Made by a program: the position numbers and the translations under genes
In this document: positions 24,785-37,575 of the stretch, one piece after another
Position numbering within the stretch: the stretch's first letter is position 1
Layout: each line of letters starts with the position of its first letter
NCBI RefSeq assembly: GCF_003334785.1
Contig: NZ_QOWV01000008.1
Reading direction: 5' to 3' (one strand)
Source of the DNA: Escherichia coli
GTDB taxonomy: Bacteria; Pseudomonadota; Gammaproteobacteria; Enterobacterales; Enterobacteriaceae
DNA: 64,000 bases
The notes under the pieces: generated by a model
Seen by the model: only the letters and a program-made list of their open reading frames with translations
The model's database searches: none
Told to the model about the DNA's origin: nothing

Positions 24785-26473
24785 ATGGCAAGTTCGGGCA
24801 CAACATCGACGCGTAAGCGCTTTACCGGCGCAGAATTTATCGTTCATTTCCTGGAACAGCAGGGCATTAAGATTGTGACAGGCATTCCGGGCGGTTCTAT
24901 CCTGCCTGTTTACGATGCCTTAAGCCAAAGCACGCAAATCCGCCATATTCTGGCCCGTCATGAACAGGGCGCGGGCTTTATCGCTCAGGGAATGGCGCGC
25001 ACCGACGGTAAACCGGCGGTCTGTATGGCCTGTAGCGGACCGGGTGCGACTAACCTGGTGACCGCCATTGCCGATGCGCGGCTGGACTCCATCCCGCTGA
25101 TTTGCATCACTGGTCAGGTTCCCGCCTCGATGATCGGCACCGACGCCTTCCAGGAAGTGGACACCTACGGCATCTCTATCCCCATCACCAAACACAACTA
25201 TCTGGTCAGACATATCGAAGAACTCCCGCAGGTCATGAGCGATGCCTTCCGCATTGCGCAATCAGGCCGCCCAGGCCCGGTGTGGATAGACATTCCTAAG
25301 GATGTGCAAACGGCAGTTTTTGAGATTGAAACACAGCCCGCTATGGCAGAAAAAGCCGCCGCCCCCGCCTTTAGCGAAGAAAGCATTCGTGACGCAGCGG
25401 CGATGATTAACGCTGCCAAACGCCCGGTGCTTTATCTGGGCGGCGGTGTGATCAATGCGCCCGCACGGGTGCGTGAACTGGCGGAGAAAGCGCAACTGCC
25501 TACCACCATGACTTTAATGGCGCTGGGCATGTTGCCAAAAGCGCATCCGTTGTCGCTGGGTATGCTGGGGATGCACGGCGTGCGCAGCACCAACTATATT
25601 TTGCAGGAGGCGGATTTGTTGATAGTGCTCGGTGCGCGTTTTGATGACCGGGCGATTGGCAAAACCGAGCAGTTCTGTCCGAATGCCAAAATCATTCATG
25701 TCGATATCGACCGTGCAGAGCTGGGTAAAATCAAGCAGCCGCACGTGGCGATTCAGGCGGATGTTGATGACGTGCTGGCGCAGTTGATCCCGCTGGTGGA
25801 AGCGCAACCGCGTGCAGAGTGGCACCAGTTGGTAGCGGATTTGCAGCGTGAGTTTCCGTGTCCAATCCCGAAAGCGTGCGATCCGTTAAGCCATTACGGC
25901 CTGATCAACGCCGTTGCCGCCTGTGTCGATGACAATGCAATTATCACCACCGACGTTGGTCAGCATCAGATGTGGACCGCGCAAGCTTATCCGCTCAATC
26001 GCCCACGCCAGTGGCTGACCTCCGGTGGGCTGGGCACGATGGGTTTTGGCCTGCCTGCGGCGATTGGCGCTGCGCTGGCGAACCCGGATCGCAAAGTGTT
26101 GTGTTTCTCCGGCGACGGCAGCCTGATGATGAATATTCAGGAGATGGCGACCGCCAGTGAAAATCAGCTGGATGTCAAAATCATTCTGATGAACAACGAA
26201 GCGCTGGGGCTGGTGCATCAGCAACAGAGTCTGTTCTACGAGCAAGGCGTTTTTGCCGCCACCTATCCGGGCAAAATCAACTTTATGCAGATTGCCGCCG
26301 GATTCGGCCTCGAAACCTGTGATTTGAATAACGAAGCCGATCCGCAGGCTTCATTGCAGGAAATCATCAATCGCCCTGGCCCGGCGCTGATCCATGTGCG
26401 CATTGATGCCGAAGAAAAAGTTTACCCGATGGTGCCGCCAGGTGCGGCGAATACTGAAATGGTGGGGGAATAA
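24785..26473 (+). CDS. ilvB: Acetolactate synthase I large subunit
   Basis: 562-aa ThDP-dependent enzyme. Confidence 0.95.
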   Translation: MASSGTTSTRKRFTGAEFIVHFLEQQGIKIVTGIPGGSILPVYDALSQSTQIRHILARHEQGAGFIAQGMARTDGKPAVCMACSGPGATNLVTAIADARLDSIPLICITGQVPASMIGTDAFQEVDTYGISIPITKHNYLVRHIEELPQVMSDAFRIAQSGRPGPVWIDIPKDVQTAVFEIETQPAMAEKAAAPAFSEESIRDAAAMINAAKRPVLYLGGGVINAPARVRELAEKAQLPTTMTLMALGMLPKAHPLSLGMLGMHGVRSTNYILQEADLLIVLGARFDDRAIGKTEQFCPNAKIIHVDIDRAELGKIKQPHVAIQADVDDVLAQLIPLVEAQPRAEWHQLVADLQREFPCPIPKACDPLSHYGLINAVAACVDDNAIITTDVGQHQMWTAQAYPLNRPRQWLTSGGLGTMGFGLPAAIGAALANPDRKVLCFSGDGSLMMNIQEMATASENQLDVKIILMNNEALGLVHQQQSLFYEQGVFAATYPGKINFMQIAAGFGLETCDLNNEADPQASLQEIINRPGPALIHVRIDAEEKVYPMVPPGAANTEMVGE

Positions 26474-26476
26474 GCC

Positions 26477-26767
26477 ATGCAAAACACAACTCATGACAAC
26501 GTAATTCTGGAGCTCACCGTTCGCAACCATCCGGGCGTAATGACCCACGTTTGTGGCCTTTTTGCCCGCCGCGCTTTTAACGTTGAAGGCATTCTTTGTC
26601 TGCCGATTCAGGACAGCGACAAAAGCCATATCTGGCTACTGGTCAATGACGACCAGCGTCTGGAGCAGATGATAAGCCAAATCGATAAGCTGGAAGATGT
26701 CGTGAAAGTGCAGCGTAATCAGTCCGATCCGACGATGTTTAACAAGATCGCGGTGTTTTTTCAGTAA
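26477..26767 (+). CDS. ilvN: Acetolactate synthase I small (regulatory) subunit
   Basis: 96-aa ACT-domain ORF directly after ilvB. Confidence 0.95.
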
Positions 26768-26842
26768 CCGCTCAAGGCTTGAACAACATCGCGCTTATCG
26801 TTAAGGTAAGCGCGTATTTTTTTTACCCGCCAGGACAAGACC

Positions 26843-27433
26843 ATGATCACCGTTGCCCTTATAGACGATCACCTCATCGTCCGCTCCGGCTTTGCGCAGC
26901 TGCTGGGGCTGGAACCTGATTTGCAGGTAGTTGCCGAGTTTGGTTCGGGGCGCGAGGCGCTGGCGGGGCTGCCGGGGCGCGGTGTGCAGGTGTGTATTTG
27001 CGATATCTCCATGCCCGATATCTCCGGTCTGGAGCTGCTAAGCCAGCTGCCGAAAGGTATGGCGACGATTATGCTCTCCGTTCACGACAGTCCTGCGCTG
27101 GTTGAGCAGGCGCTTAACGCGGGGGCACGCGGCTTTCTTTCCAAACGCTGTAGCCCGGATGAACTCATTGCTGCGGTGCATACGGTTGCCACGGGCGGCT
27201 GTTATCTGACGCCGGATATTGCCATTAAACTGGCATCCGGTCGTCAGGACCCGCTAACCAAACGTGAACGCCAGGTGGCGGAAAAACTGGCGCAAGGAAT
27301 GGCGGTGAAAGAGATTGCCGCCGAACTGGGCTTGTCACCGAAAACGGTACACGTCCATCGCGCCAATCTGATGGAAAAACTGGGCGTCAGTAACGACGTA
27401 GAGCTGGCGCGCCGCATGTTTGATGGCTGGTGA
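26843..27433 (+). CDS. uhpA: Response regulator UhpA (NarL/FixJ family)
   Basis: 196-aa ORF with receiver domain and LuxR-type HTH. Confidence 0.9.
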
Positions 27434-28935
27434 TGAAGACGTTGTTCTCCCGCTTAATTACCGTTATTGCCTGCTTTTTTATCTTCTCTGCCGCATGGTT
27501 TTGCCTGTGGAGTATCAGCCTGCATCTGGTTGAGCGCCCTGATATGGCGGTGCTGTTATTTCCGTTTGGTCTGCGTCTGGGGCTAATGCTGCAATGCCCG
27601 CGCGGATACTGGCCCGTATTGCTGGGCGCGGAGTGGCTGCTGATTTACTGGCTAACGCAGGCGGTCGGTTTAACCCATTTTCCGTTATTGATGATCGGTA
27701 GTTTACTGACGTTACTGCCCGTAGCGCTGATCTCGCGCTATCGCCATCAGCGTGACTGGCGCACCTTGCTGTTACAGGGGGCGGCGTTAACGGCGGCGGC
27801 GTTGTTGCAGTCGCTGCCCTGGCTTTGGCACGGCAAAGAGTCGTGGAATGCGCTGTTGCTGACTTTAACTGGCGGCCTGACGCTGGCCCCGATATGTCTG
27901 GTGTTCTGGCACTATCTCGCCAATAACACCTGGCTGCCGCTCGGTCCGTCACTGGTTTCTCAGCCAATCAACTGGCGCGGGCGACATCTGGTCTGGTACT
28001 TGCTGCTGTTTGTTATCAGTCTCTGGCTCCAGTTGGGATTGCCGGACGAACTGTCGCGCTTTACGCCATTCTGTCTGGCGCTGCCGATTATCGCGCTGGC
28101 CTGGCACTATGGTTGGCAAGGGGCGCTGATTGCGACGTTGATGAACGCCATCGCGCTGATCGCCAGTCAAACCTGGCGCGATCATCCGGTGGATTTATTG
28201 CTCTCGCTGCTGGTGCAAAGTCTGACAGGGTTGTTGCTTGGCGCTGGCATCCAGCGGTTGCGTGAACTTAACCAGTCGCTGCAAAAGGAACTGGCGCGCA
28301 ATCAGCATCTGGCTGAACGGTTGCTGGAAACCGAAGAGAGCGTGCGCCGTGATGTGGCGCGTGAGCTGCATGATGATATCGGTCAGACCATCACTGCTAT
28401 TCGTACTCAGGCGGGCATTGTTCAGCGGCTGGCGGCAGATAACGCCAGCGTGAAGCAGAGCGGGCAGCTCATCGAACAACTATCGCTGGGCGTTTACGAC
28501 GCGGTGCGCCGTTTGTTGGGTCGGTTACGTCCGCGCCAGTTGGATGATCTCACCCTGGAGCAGGCCATCCGCTCACTGATGCGGGAAATGGAGCTGGAAG
28601 GGCGCGGTATTGTCAGCCATCTCGAATGGCGAATCGATGAATCAGCGTTAAGCGAAAACCAGCGCGTGACGCTGTTTCGTGTCTGCCAGGAAGGGCTGAA
28701 CAACATTGTGAAACATGCTGATGCCAGCGCGGTCACCCTGCAAGGCTGGCAGCAGGATGAACGGTTGATGCTGGTTATTGAAGACGATGGCAGCGGTTTG
28801 CCGCCGGGTTCCGGGCAACAAGGTTTTGGCCTCACCGGAATGCGCGAGCGCGTAACGGCGCTGGGTGGCACATTACACATTTCCTGTCTGCACGGCACGC
28901 GTGTCAGCGTTTCTCTACCTCAACGCTATGTCTAA
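27433..28935 (+). CDS. uhpB: Sensor histidine kinase UhpB
   Basis: About 500-aa membrane kinase; start overlaps uhpA stop. Confidence 0.9.
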
Positions 28936-28944
28936 GGTTTGATG

Positions 28945-30264
28945 ATGTTGCCGTTTCTGAAAGCGCCTGCCGATGCGCCATTAATGACTGATAAATATGA
29001 AATTGATGCCCGCTATCGCTACTGGCGTCGGCATATTCTGCTGACCATCTGGCTGGGTTACGCGCTGTTTTACTTCACGCGGAAAAGTTTTAACGCCGCC
29101 GTACCAGAAATCCTTGCTAACGGCGTGCTCAGCCGTAGCGATATCGGCCTGTTAGCGACCCTGTTTTACATTACCTATGGCGTGTCGAAGTTTGTCTCCG
29201 GCATTGTCAGCGATCGCTCAAATGCCCGTTATTTTATGGGGATAGGGCTTATCGCCACGGGCATTATCAACATTCTGTTTGGCTTCTCGACGTCGCTATG
29301 GGCGTTTGCCGTGCTCTGGGTGCTGAACGCCTTTTTCCAGGGCTGGGGTTCACCGGTGTGTGCGCGTCTGTTAACGGCCTGGTATTCACGTACCGAGCGC
29401 GGCGGTTGGTGGGCATTATGGAACACGGCGCATAACGTCGGCGGCGCACTCATTCCCATTGTGATGGCAGCGGCTGCGCTGCATTACGGCTGGCGTGCCG
29501 GGATGATGATTGCTGGTTGTATGGCGATAGTCGTGGGGATTTTTCTCTGCTGGCGGCTACGCGATCGCCCGCAGGCGTTAGGTTTACCGGCGGTCGGTGA
29601 ATGGCGACACGACGCGCTGGAAATTGCTCAACAACAAGAAGGGGCAGGGTTGACGCGTAAAGAGATCCTCACCAAATATGTGTTGCTGAATCCGTATATC
29701 TGGCTGCTTTCGTTTTGCTATGTGCTGGTCTATGTGGTCCGGGCGGCGATCAACGACTGGGGCAATTTGTATATGTCCGAGACACTGGGCGTCGATCTGG
29801 TCACGGCGAATACGGCAGTGACGATGTTTGAACTGGGCGGATTTATCGGTGCGCTGGTAGCCGGTTGGGGCTCGGACAAATTGTTTAACGGCAACCGAGG
29901 GCCGATGAATTTGATTTTCGCCGCCGGAATTTTGCTTTCAGTCGGCTCCCTGTGGCTGATGCCATTTGCCAGCTACGTGATGCAGGCAACCTGCTTCTTC
30001 ACCATTGGTTTTTTTGTCTTTGGCCCACAGATGTTAATCGGTATGGCGGCGGCAGAGTGTTCCCACAAAGAGGCGGCAGGGGCGGCGACGGGGTTTGTCG
30101 GCTTGTTTGCTTATCTGGGGGCGTCGCTTGCTGGTTGGCCGCTGGCGAAAGTACTCGATACCTGGCACTGGAGCGGATTTTTTGTGGTTATCTCTATCGC
30201 CGCCGGGATTTCCGCACTGCTGTTACTGCCCTTTTTGAACGCCCAGACACCGCGCGAAGCGTGA
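28945..30264 (+). CDS. uhpC: Membrane sensor protein UhpC (MFS-like)
   Basis: ORF 28939..30264; start MLPFLKAPADAPLMTDKYE... Confidence 0.85.
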   Translation: MLPFLKAPADAPLMTDKYEIDARYRYWRRHILLTIWLGYALFYFTRKSFNAAVPEILANGVLSRSDIGLLATLFYITYGVSKFVSGIVSDRSNARYFMGIGLIATGIINILFGFSTSLWAFAVLWVLNAFFQGWGSPVCARLLTAWYSRTERGGWWALWNTAHNVGGALIPIVMAAAALHYGWRAGMMIAGCMAIVVGIFLCWRLRDRPQALGLPAVGEWRHDALEIAQQQEGAGLTRKEILTKYVLLNPYIWLLSFCYVLVYVVRAAINDWGNLYMSETLGVDLVTANTAVTMFELGGFIGALVAGWGSDKLFNGNRGPMNLIFAAGILLSVGSLWLMPFASYVMQATCFFTIGFFVFGPQMLIGMAAAECSHKEAAGAATGFVGLFAYLGASLAGWPLAKVLDTWHWSGFFVVISIAAGISALLLLPFLNAQTPREA

Positions 30265-30401
30265 TGCATCTCACCTTTTCACTTCATATCCGGCAAAACT
30301 AAGAAATTTTCCAGGTTTTGCCTGGACGCTATCTCAGGCCTGATTTGCTGCTGATTTTTACAATGCATGCCTCACGCAGGTATTCATTTCAGGAGTAACC
30401 C

Positions 30402-31793
30402 ATGCTGGCTTTCTTAAACCAGGTTCGCAAGCCGACCCTGGACCTTCCGCTCGAAGTGCGGCGCAAAATGTGGTTCAAACCGTTCATGCAATCCTACCTG
30501 GTGGTCTTTATCGGCTACCTGACGATGTACCTGATTCGCAAGAACTTTAACATCGCGCAGAACGATATGATTTCGACCTACGGGTTGAGCATGACGCAGC
30601 TGGGGATGATCGGCCTGGGTTTCTCCATCACTTATGGCGTGGGTAAAACGCTGGTTTCCTACTACGCCGACGGCAAAAACACCAAACAATTCCTGCCGTT
30701 CATGCTGATCCTCTCTGCTATTTGTATGCTGGGCTTCAGTGCCAGTATGGGCAGCGGCTCGGTTAGCCTGTTCCTGATGATTGCCTTCTACGCCTTAAGC
30801 GGCTTTTTCCAGAGTACCGGCGGTTCGTGCAGTTACTCCACCATCACCAAATGGACGCCGCGTCGTAAACGCGGGACATTCCTCGGTTTCTGGAATATTT
30901 CTCACAACCTTGGCGGTGCAGGCGCAGCAGGTGTGGCGCTGTTCGGGGCAAATTACCTGTTCGATGGCCATGTCATCGGCATGTTTATCTTCCCGTCGAT
31001 TATCGCGCTGATTGTCGGTTTTATCGGCCTGCGTTACGGCAGCGACTCCCCGGAATCTTATGGCCTCGGCAAAGCTGAAGAACTGTTCGGCGAGGAGATC
31101 AGCGAAGAGGACAAAGAGACAGAATCTACCGATATGACCAAGTGGCAGATCTTTGTTGAGTATGTGCTGAAAAACAAAGTGATCTGGCTGCTGTGCTTCG
31201 CCAACATTTTCCTCTATGTGGTACGTATTGGTATCGACCAGTGGTCAACCGTATACGCGTTCCAGGAACTGAAACTCTCTAAAGCGGTGGCGATTCAGGG
31301 CTTTACGCTGTTTGAAGCTGGTGCGCTGGTCGGTACGCTGCTGTGGGGCTGGCTCTCTGACCTGGCGAACGGTCGCCGTGGCCTGGTGGCCTGCATCGCG
31401 CTGGCGCTGATTATCGCCACGCTCGGTGTGTATCAACATGCCAGTAACGAATATATCTATCTGGCTTCTCTCTTTGCGTTGGGTTTCCTGGTCTTTGGCC
31501 CGCAATTGTTGATTGGTGTGGCTGCTGTTGGCTTTGTACCTAAAAAAGCGATTGGCGCTGCCGATGGTATTAAAGGCACCTTTGCTTACCTGATTGGTGA
31601 CAGCTTTGCCAAGTTAGGTCTGGGAATGATTGCCGATGGGACGCCGGTATTCGGCCTTACCGGCTGGGCAGGCACCTTCGCCGCGCTGGATATCGCCGCG
31701 ATTGGTTGTATCTGCCTGATGGCGATAGTGGCGGTAATGGAAGAACGCAAAATCCGCCGCGAGAAAAAAATTCAGCAGTTGACAGTGGCATAA
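30402..31793 (+). CDS. uhpT: Hexose-6-phosphate:phosphate antiporter UhpT
   Basis: 463-aa MFS ORF. Confidence 0.95.
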
Positions 31794-31811
31794 ACGTAAC
31801 TGGTGACTTTT

Positions 31812-31837
31812 GCCCGGCATGACGCCGGGCTTTTTTT
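31812..31837. terminator. Bidirectional terminator between uhpT and ade
   Basis: gcccggcatgacgccgggc hairpin followed by T7. Confidence 0.7.
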
Positions 31838-31838
31838 A

Positions 31839-33605
31839 TTATTCCGTGACTTCCAGCGTAGTGAAGGCAAACTTCTCGCCATCAAATAGCCCCTGACTGG
31901 TTAGTTTTAGCGCGGGGATCACTGGCAGAGAAAGAAACGCCATCTGAATAAACGGCTCATCGGGTAACGGACCGCATTCACGGGCGGCGGCTTTCAAGGC
32001 GTCAATTTGTTCCGCCAGCGACTGCGCCGTGTCGGTGCTCATCAGCCCGGCAATGGGTAACGGCAGATGACTTTGTACCTGGCCGTTACGTACCACGCAC
32101 AGCCCGCCGCCATCCTGAATCACCTGATTGACCGCCAGCGCCATCTCTTCGGCACTGCGACCGATCACCACAATATTATGGCTGTCATGGCTGACCGTCG
32201 CAGCCAGCGCACCTTCATTCAGTCCAAAGCCGCCAAGCAAACCACAAGCCGGAGCCAGCCGTTGCCCGTAACGCTCAAGTACGGCAATAAAGCTCACATC
32301 ATCGCGATCAAAACCATTTTCGCTGTAGACGCTGGAGTGGGAGTGCGTAATCAATTCGTTATGGATGACGTCAATGACCCGATAGCGTTTTCCGGGCGTA
32401 AATTGCAGGGCAAAGTCGCTGGCGGAAACTGGCTGGCGGGCAATGGTGTTGCCATATGGCGGAGCGGATTGTGCCAGTCTCGCCGACTCTTCCGCCTGTA
32501 AGGTTTGCGCATCAATCGGCTCGCCTTTCACCAGTACCTGCTGCACCGTGACCTTACGCGCATCGCTCAACAGGACGATATCGGCCTGCTTGCCGGGTGC
32601 CAGTAAGCCGAGGTGATTCAGACCAAAGTGGCGCGCCGTCGACCAGCTGGCGACGCGATATGCCACATGCAGCGGCACATTGTGTTGTTCGATCAGGCGG
32701 CGAATTAAGGCATCGATGTGTCCTTCATGGGCGATCTCCCACGGGTTACGGTCATCGGTACAGAGCATGCATTGCGGGCTGTTAAATTCGTTGATCAACG
32801 GTGCCAGCGCGTTGAGATTGCGGGCAGCGGACCCTTCGCGGATCATCAACGACATGCCGAGTTGTAATTTCCGGCGTCCTTCTTCCAGCTGATAACTTTC
32901 GTGGCAGTTTTCAATACCCGCAGTAATATAGGCGTTAAGTTCTTTACCACCCAAACCCGGGCAGTGACCGTCCAGCGTCAGGTGGCGAAATGCATCCAGT
33001 TTATCGAGCAGCGCATTCTGCCCGCTAATTACGCCAGGGTAGTCCATCATTTCTGCAAGGCCGGTAACCTGCGGATGGTCCCGCCAGGCGAGCATCTGTT
33101 CAAGGGTAAAACTGGCACCGTTAACATCGCAGCCTTCCAGGGCGGGTACGCAAGAGCTGACCTGTAAGTACTGGTTTTGCCTTGCCTGTTCGGCACAGCG
33201 GGCAAACCAGGCGAATCCGGCTTCGCCCATCACGTTGACGATTTCATGAGGGTCGCAAATAACGGTCGTCAGGCCGCGCGGCAGGGTAGCGGTTTCAAAA
33301 GTGACCGGCGTCATCATGCTGGATTCAATATGCAGGTGAGCATCAATAAACCCTGGCACCGCCGTTGCGCCGCGAGCATCAATCCGCTGCAAAGCCGGAG
33401 CATCAGTGTATTCTGCGCCAACACCGGCAATGTAACGTCCTTTAATCACAATTGGGCCGGAAATTTCTCCGCCATTGATCAGGTCGAGAATAGAGACATT
33501 ATCAATAATATAATCGGCAACAGCGTCGCCACGGGAAACGGCTAACAATTCCTGGTATTCAGCCCGGCTAATGTGATGAAATTTATGGTTAATAGAATTA
33601 TTCAT
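31839..33605 (-). CDS. ade: Adenine deaminase
   Basis: 588-aa amidohydrolase-superfamily ORF. Confidence 0.9.
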
Positions 33606-33779
33606 ATTTTTCTCATTTTGATTTTATCAATTTGATTATTATTTATCATAAAGAAACGTCGCGAGATTATTAAAGAATATCCATTAATGTGCAATTGAAA
33701 TGTGATAATTATCACTGAACCGTTGTTGTCATTTGTTTTACAAAAGCAAGGGATTAAATCTCCTCCAATGGACAAAAAA

Positions 33780-35114
33780 ATGAATAATGACAATACCGAT
33801 TACGTGAGTAATGAATCAGGGACGCTTTCGCGATTATTTAAACTACCTCAGCATGGGACCACCGTCCGCACAGAATTGATTGCGGGGATGACCACTTTTT
33901 TAACCATGGTGTACATCGTTTTTGTGAACCCGCAAATCCTCGGCGCGGCACAAATGGACCCGAAAGTGGTGTTTGTTACCACCTGTTTGATTGCCGGTAT
34001 CGGCAGTATTGCGATGGGGATATTTGCTAACTTACCCGTGGCGCTGGCTCCGGCAATGGGGCTGAACGCCTTCTTTGCCTTCGTGGTCGTGGGGGCGATG
34101 GGCATCTCCTGGCAGACCGGGATGGGCGCAATATTCTGGGGCGCAGTTGGACTATTTTTGCTCACGCTGTTTCGTATCCGGTACTGGATGATCTCCAACA
34201 TTCCCTTAAGTTTACGTATTGGTATCACCAGCGGAATTGGATTATTTATCGCCTTAATGGGATTAAAAAATACTGGCGTTATTGTCGCCAATAAAGACAC
34301 GCTGGTGATGATTGGCGATTTAAGTTCTCACGGCGTGTTGTTAGGTATTTTAGGGTTTTTTATTATAACCGTGTTGTCATCACGTCATTTTCATGCCGCG
34401 GTGCTGGTTTCTATTGTGGTGACGTCTTGCTGTGGATTATTTTTCGGTGATGTTCATTTTAGCGGCGTCTATTCCATTCCGCCTGATATTAGCGGCGTCA
34501 TTGGTGAAGTAGATTTGAGCGGCGCGTTAACACTTGAACTCGCCGGTATCATTTTCTCCTTTATGCTGATCAACCTATTTGATTCATCAGGAACATTAAT
34601 TGGTGTAACTGATAAAGCGGGCTTAATAGATGGTAACGGTAAATTCCCCAATATGAATAAGGCGCTGTATGTTGATAGCGTCAGTTCGGTGGCGGGTGCG
34701 TTTATCGGCACCTCGTCTGTTACTGCCTATATTGAAAGTACTTCTGGTGTGGCAGTCGGTGGCCGCACGGGGCTGACTGCGGTTGTGGTTGGCGTTATGT
34801 TCCTGTTGGTTATGTTCTTCTCACCGCTGGTGGCGATAGTTCCTCCTTACGCAACCGCCGGAGCGTTAATCTTTGTTGGCGTGCTGATGACTTCGAGCCT
34901 GGCGCGCGTTAACTGGGATGATTTTACCGAATCGGTGCCTGCGTTTATTACCACGGTGATGATGCCCTTTACTTTCTCGATCACCGAAGGGATTGCACTC
35001 GGCTTTATGTCGTACTGCATCATGAAAGTATGCACCGGGCGCTGGCGCGATCTGAACCTGTGTGTGGTGGTGGTCGCAGCTCTGTTTGCACTGAAGATTA
35101 TTCTGGTGGATTAG
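33780..35114 (+). CDS. adeQ: Adenine permease AdeQ (NCS2 family)
   Basis: ORF 33702..35114; start MNNDNTDYVSNESG...; 444 aa. Confidence 0.85.
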   Translation: MNNDNTDYVSNESGTLSRLFKLPQHGTTVRTELIAGMTTFLTMVYIVFVNPQILGAAQMDPKVVFVTTCLIAGIGSIAMGIFANLPVALAPAMGLNAFFAFVVVGAMGISWQTGMGAIFWGAVGLFLLTLFRIRYWMISNIPLSLRIGITSGIGLFIALMGLKNTGVIVANKDTLVMIGDLSSHGVLLGILGFFIITVLSSRHFHAAVLVSIVVTSCCGLFFGDVHFSGVYSIPPDISGVIGEVDLSGALTLELAGIIFSFMLINLFDSSGTLIGVTDKAGLIDGNGKFPNMNKALYVDSVSSVAGAFIGTSSVTAYIESTSGVAVGGRTGLTAVVVGVMFLLVMFFSPLVAIVPPYATAGALIFVGVLMTSSLARVNWDDFTESVPAFITTVMMPFTFSITEGIALGFMSYCIMKVCTGRWRDLNLCVVVVAALFALKIILVD

Positions 35115-35166
35115 TAACTGGCGAGGGTTTCCAGATATCATGAGTTCTGATTACGCAGGAGAACTC

Positions 35167-35619
35167 ATGATCTGGATAATGCTCGCCACGCTGGCGGTAG
35201 TGTTTGTGGTTGGTTTTCGGGTGCTGACATCCGGGGCCAGAAAAGCGATTCGCCGTCTCAGCGATCGGCTGAACATCGATGTCGTACCCGTGGAGTCGAT
35301 GGTCGATCAAATGGGAAAGTCAGCTGGTGACGAATTTTTACGTTATTTGCATCGTCCGGATGAGTCGCACCTGCAAAACGCCGCGCAGGTGTTGCTCATC
35401 TGGCAAATTGTCATTGTCGATGGTAGCGAACAGAACCTGCTGCAATGGCATCGGATTTTACAAAAAGCTCGCCTCGCCGCGCCGATTACCGACGCTCAGG
35501 TCAGGCTGGCGCTAGGTTTTCTGCGCGAAACCGAACCTGAAATGCAGGATATTAATGCTTTTCAGATGCGCTATAACGCGTTCTTTCAGCCTGCCGAGGG
35601 CGTTCACTGGTTGCATTGA
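35167..35619 (+). CDS. yicN: DUF1198 protein YicN
   Basis: ORF 35140..35619; probable start MIWIMLATLAV... Confidence 0.7.
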   Translation: MIWIMLATLAVVFVVGFRVLTSGARKAIRRLSDRLNIDVVPVESMVDQMGKSAGDEFLRYLHRPDESHLQNAAQVLLIWQIVIVDGSEQNLLQWHRILQKARLAAPITDAQVRLALGFLRETEPEMQDINAFQMRYNAFFQPAEGVHWLH

Positions 35620-35639
35620 AACCGTTTCGTCTTATCAGC

Positions 35640-35700
35640 CTACAGACCGCGCCTGACCTGTCGGGTGGATAAGACGTTCACGCCGCATCCGGTAATCTTT
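35640..35700. repeat. REP-like palindromic unit
   Basis: ggataagacgttcacgccgcatccgg motif. Confidence 0.4.
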
Positions 35701-35829
35701 GCCCTGTTCCGTTTCGATCTTAACTCCAGCTCAAGCAACACCGTAAAAGTTGCAAAAACGTTAAATGCGTCACACATTTCAATGTTAAAGTGGTCGGCTT
35801 TTCCCCTGAAACATGCCACGGGTAACACC

Positions 35830-37020
35830 ATGAGTGAATTTATTGCCGAAAACCGCGGCGCGGATGCCATCACCCGACCGAACTGGTCAGCCGTTTTCTC
35901 GGTGGCGTTTTGTGTCGCCTGTCTGATTATCGTTGAGTTTTTGCCCGTCAGTTTGTTGACGCCAATGGCCCAGGATTTAGGCATTTCGGAAGGGGTTGCC
36001 GGGCAATCGGTGACCGTGACCGCCTTTGTGGCAATGTTTGCCAGTTTGTTTATTACCCAGACAATTCAGGCTACTGACCGCCGCTACGTTGTTATTTTGT
36101 TTGCCGTTTTGCTGACGCTCTCCTGCTTGCTGGTTTCCTTTGCTAACTCATTCAGTTTGCTTTTAATCGGTCGTGCCTGTCTGGGGCTGGCGCTGGGCGG
36201 GTTCTGGGCGATGTCGGCGTCGCTGACCATGCGTCTGGTGCCGCCGCGTACGGTGCCGAAGGCGCTGTCGGTGATCTTCGGCGCGGTTTCTATTGCGCTG
36301 GTGATTGCCGCGCCGTTGGGCAGTTTTTTAGGCGAGCTTATCGGTTGGCGCAATGTCTTTAATGCGGCGGCGGTGATGGGCGTGCTGTGTATTTTCTGGA
36401 TTATCAAATCATTGCCTTCACTGCCAGGCGAACCCTCGCATCAGAAACAAAATACTTTCCGCTTATTACAACGTCCGGGTGTGATGGCAGGGATGATCGC
36501 CATCTTCATGTCTTTCGCCGGGCAGTTTGCTTTCTTCACGTATATTCGCCCGGTGTATATGAACCTGGCGGGATTCGGCGTGGATGGCTTAACGCTGGTG
36601 CTGTTGAGTTTTGGTATCGCCAGCTTTATTGGTACGTCGCTTTCGTCGTTCATTCTTAAACGTTCGGTAAAACTGGCCTTAGCAGGCGCGCCGTTAATAC
36701 TGGCTGTGAGTGCGTTGGTACTGACGTTGTGGGGAAGCGATAAAATCGTTGCTACCGGCGTGGCGATTATCTGGGGGCTAACTTTTGCATTGGTTCCCGT
36801 CGGCTGGTCAACGTGGATCACCCGCTCGCTGGCCGATCAGGCAGAAAAAGCCGGGTCTATTCAGGTGGCGGTTATTCAGCTTGCTAATACCTGTGGCGCG
36901 GCAATCGGCGGTTATGCGCTGGATAATATTGGTCTGACTTCGCCGTTGATGTTGTCCGGCACATTGATGTTGCTGACTGCATTGTTGGTTACTGCAAAGG
37001 TGAAAATGAAGAAATCCTGA
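35830..37020 (+). CDS. nepI: Purine ribonucleoside efflux pump NepI (MFS)
   Basis: ORF 35665..37020; ATG at 35830 ([14 protein letters not shown]...); 396 aa. Confidence 0.85.
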   Translation: MSEFIAENRGADAITRPNWSAVFSVAFCVACLIIVEFLPVSLLTPMAQDLGISEGVAGQSVTVTAFVAMFASLFITQTIQATDRRYVVILFAVLLTLSCLLVSFANSFSLLLIGRACLGLALGGFWAMSASLTMRLVPPRTVPKALSVIFGAVSIALVIAAPLGSFLGELIGWRNVFNAAAVMGVLCIFWIIKSLPSLPGEPSHQKQNTFRLLQRPGVMAGMIAIFMSFAGQFAFFTYIRPVYMNLAGFGVDGLTLVLLSFGIASFIGTSLSSFILKRSVKLALAGAPLILAVSALVLTLWGSDKIVATGVAIIWGLTFALVPVGWSTWITRSLADQAEKAGSIQVAVIQLANTCGAAIGGYALDNIGLTSPLMLSGTLMLLTALLVTAKVKMKKS

Positions 37021-37060
37021 TATCAGGTAAAGAAGCGTTGGTCAGTAGTTGTTGCTGTTC

Positions 37061-37354
37061 TTACATATCCGGGCATTCTACCTTACCCAACGCTTCCCAA
37101 TAATTGCTCTGATTATTACGTTCCATCGCCACGATGGCCTCGCGTATATGTTGTTTATTGTTTTCATCTGACAACATTAACTTTTCCCACGCTTCATCTG
37201 ATAATGACGCCTGTGGCGTGCAAATTTTACGTAAATCTTGTAATACCGTGGTTTTCTCTTTTGCGGACTGCAGTGAGCTAAAAGGCGACTCGGCGTATAC
37301 GATGCCTGGCATAGCGAAAAAAGTGAAAATAAGCAGTAGTGTCGTTGGTTTCAT
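37061..37354 (-). CDS. yicS: Uncharacterized secreted protein YicS
   Basis: 97-aa ORF with N-terminal signal peptide. Confidence 0.75.
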   Translation of the reverse strand: MKPTTLLLIFTFFAMPGIVYAESPFSSLQSAKEKTTVLQDLRKICTPQASLSDEAWEKLMLSDENNKQHIREAIVAMERNNQSNYWEALGKVECPDM

Positions 37355-37575
37355 GGATTCAACCTTTTACAAATGTGTATCGAATGAAGCATAAGTGTAG
37401 TTTGCTTTCATCGCTCTCATCATGCTGTACGAAACGCGCTTGCGTGGTCAGTAAGAAGTGCCAGACTTTATATTCCACTTTTATTCCTTTTTATTCTTAT
37501 CGATAGCGTTTCGTTTTTTAAACCGCAGCGACCTTACCGCTATAGTCAGGTAATCATTAATAAAAGGATAAAAAA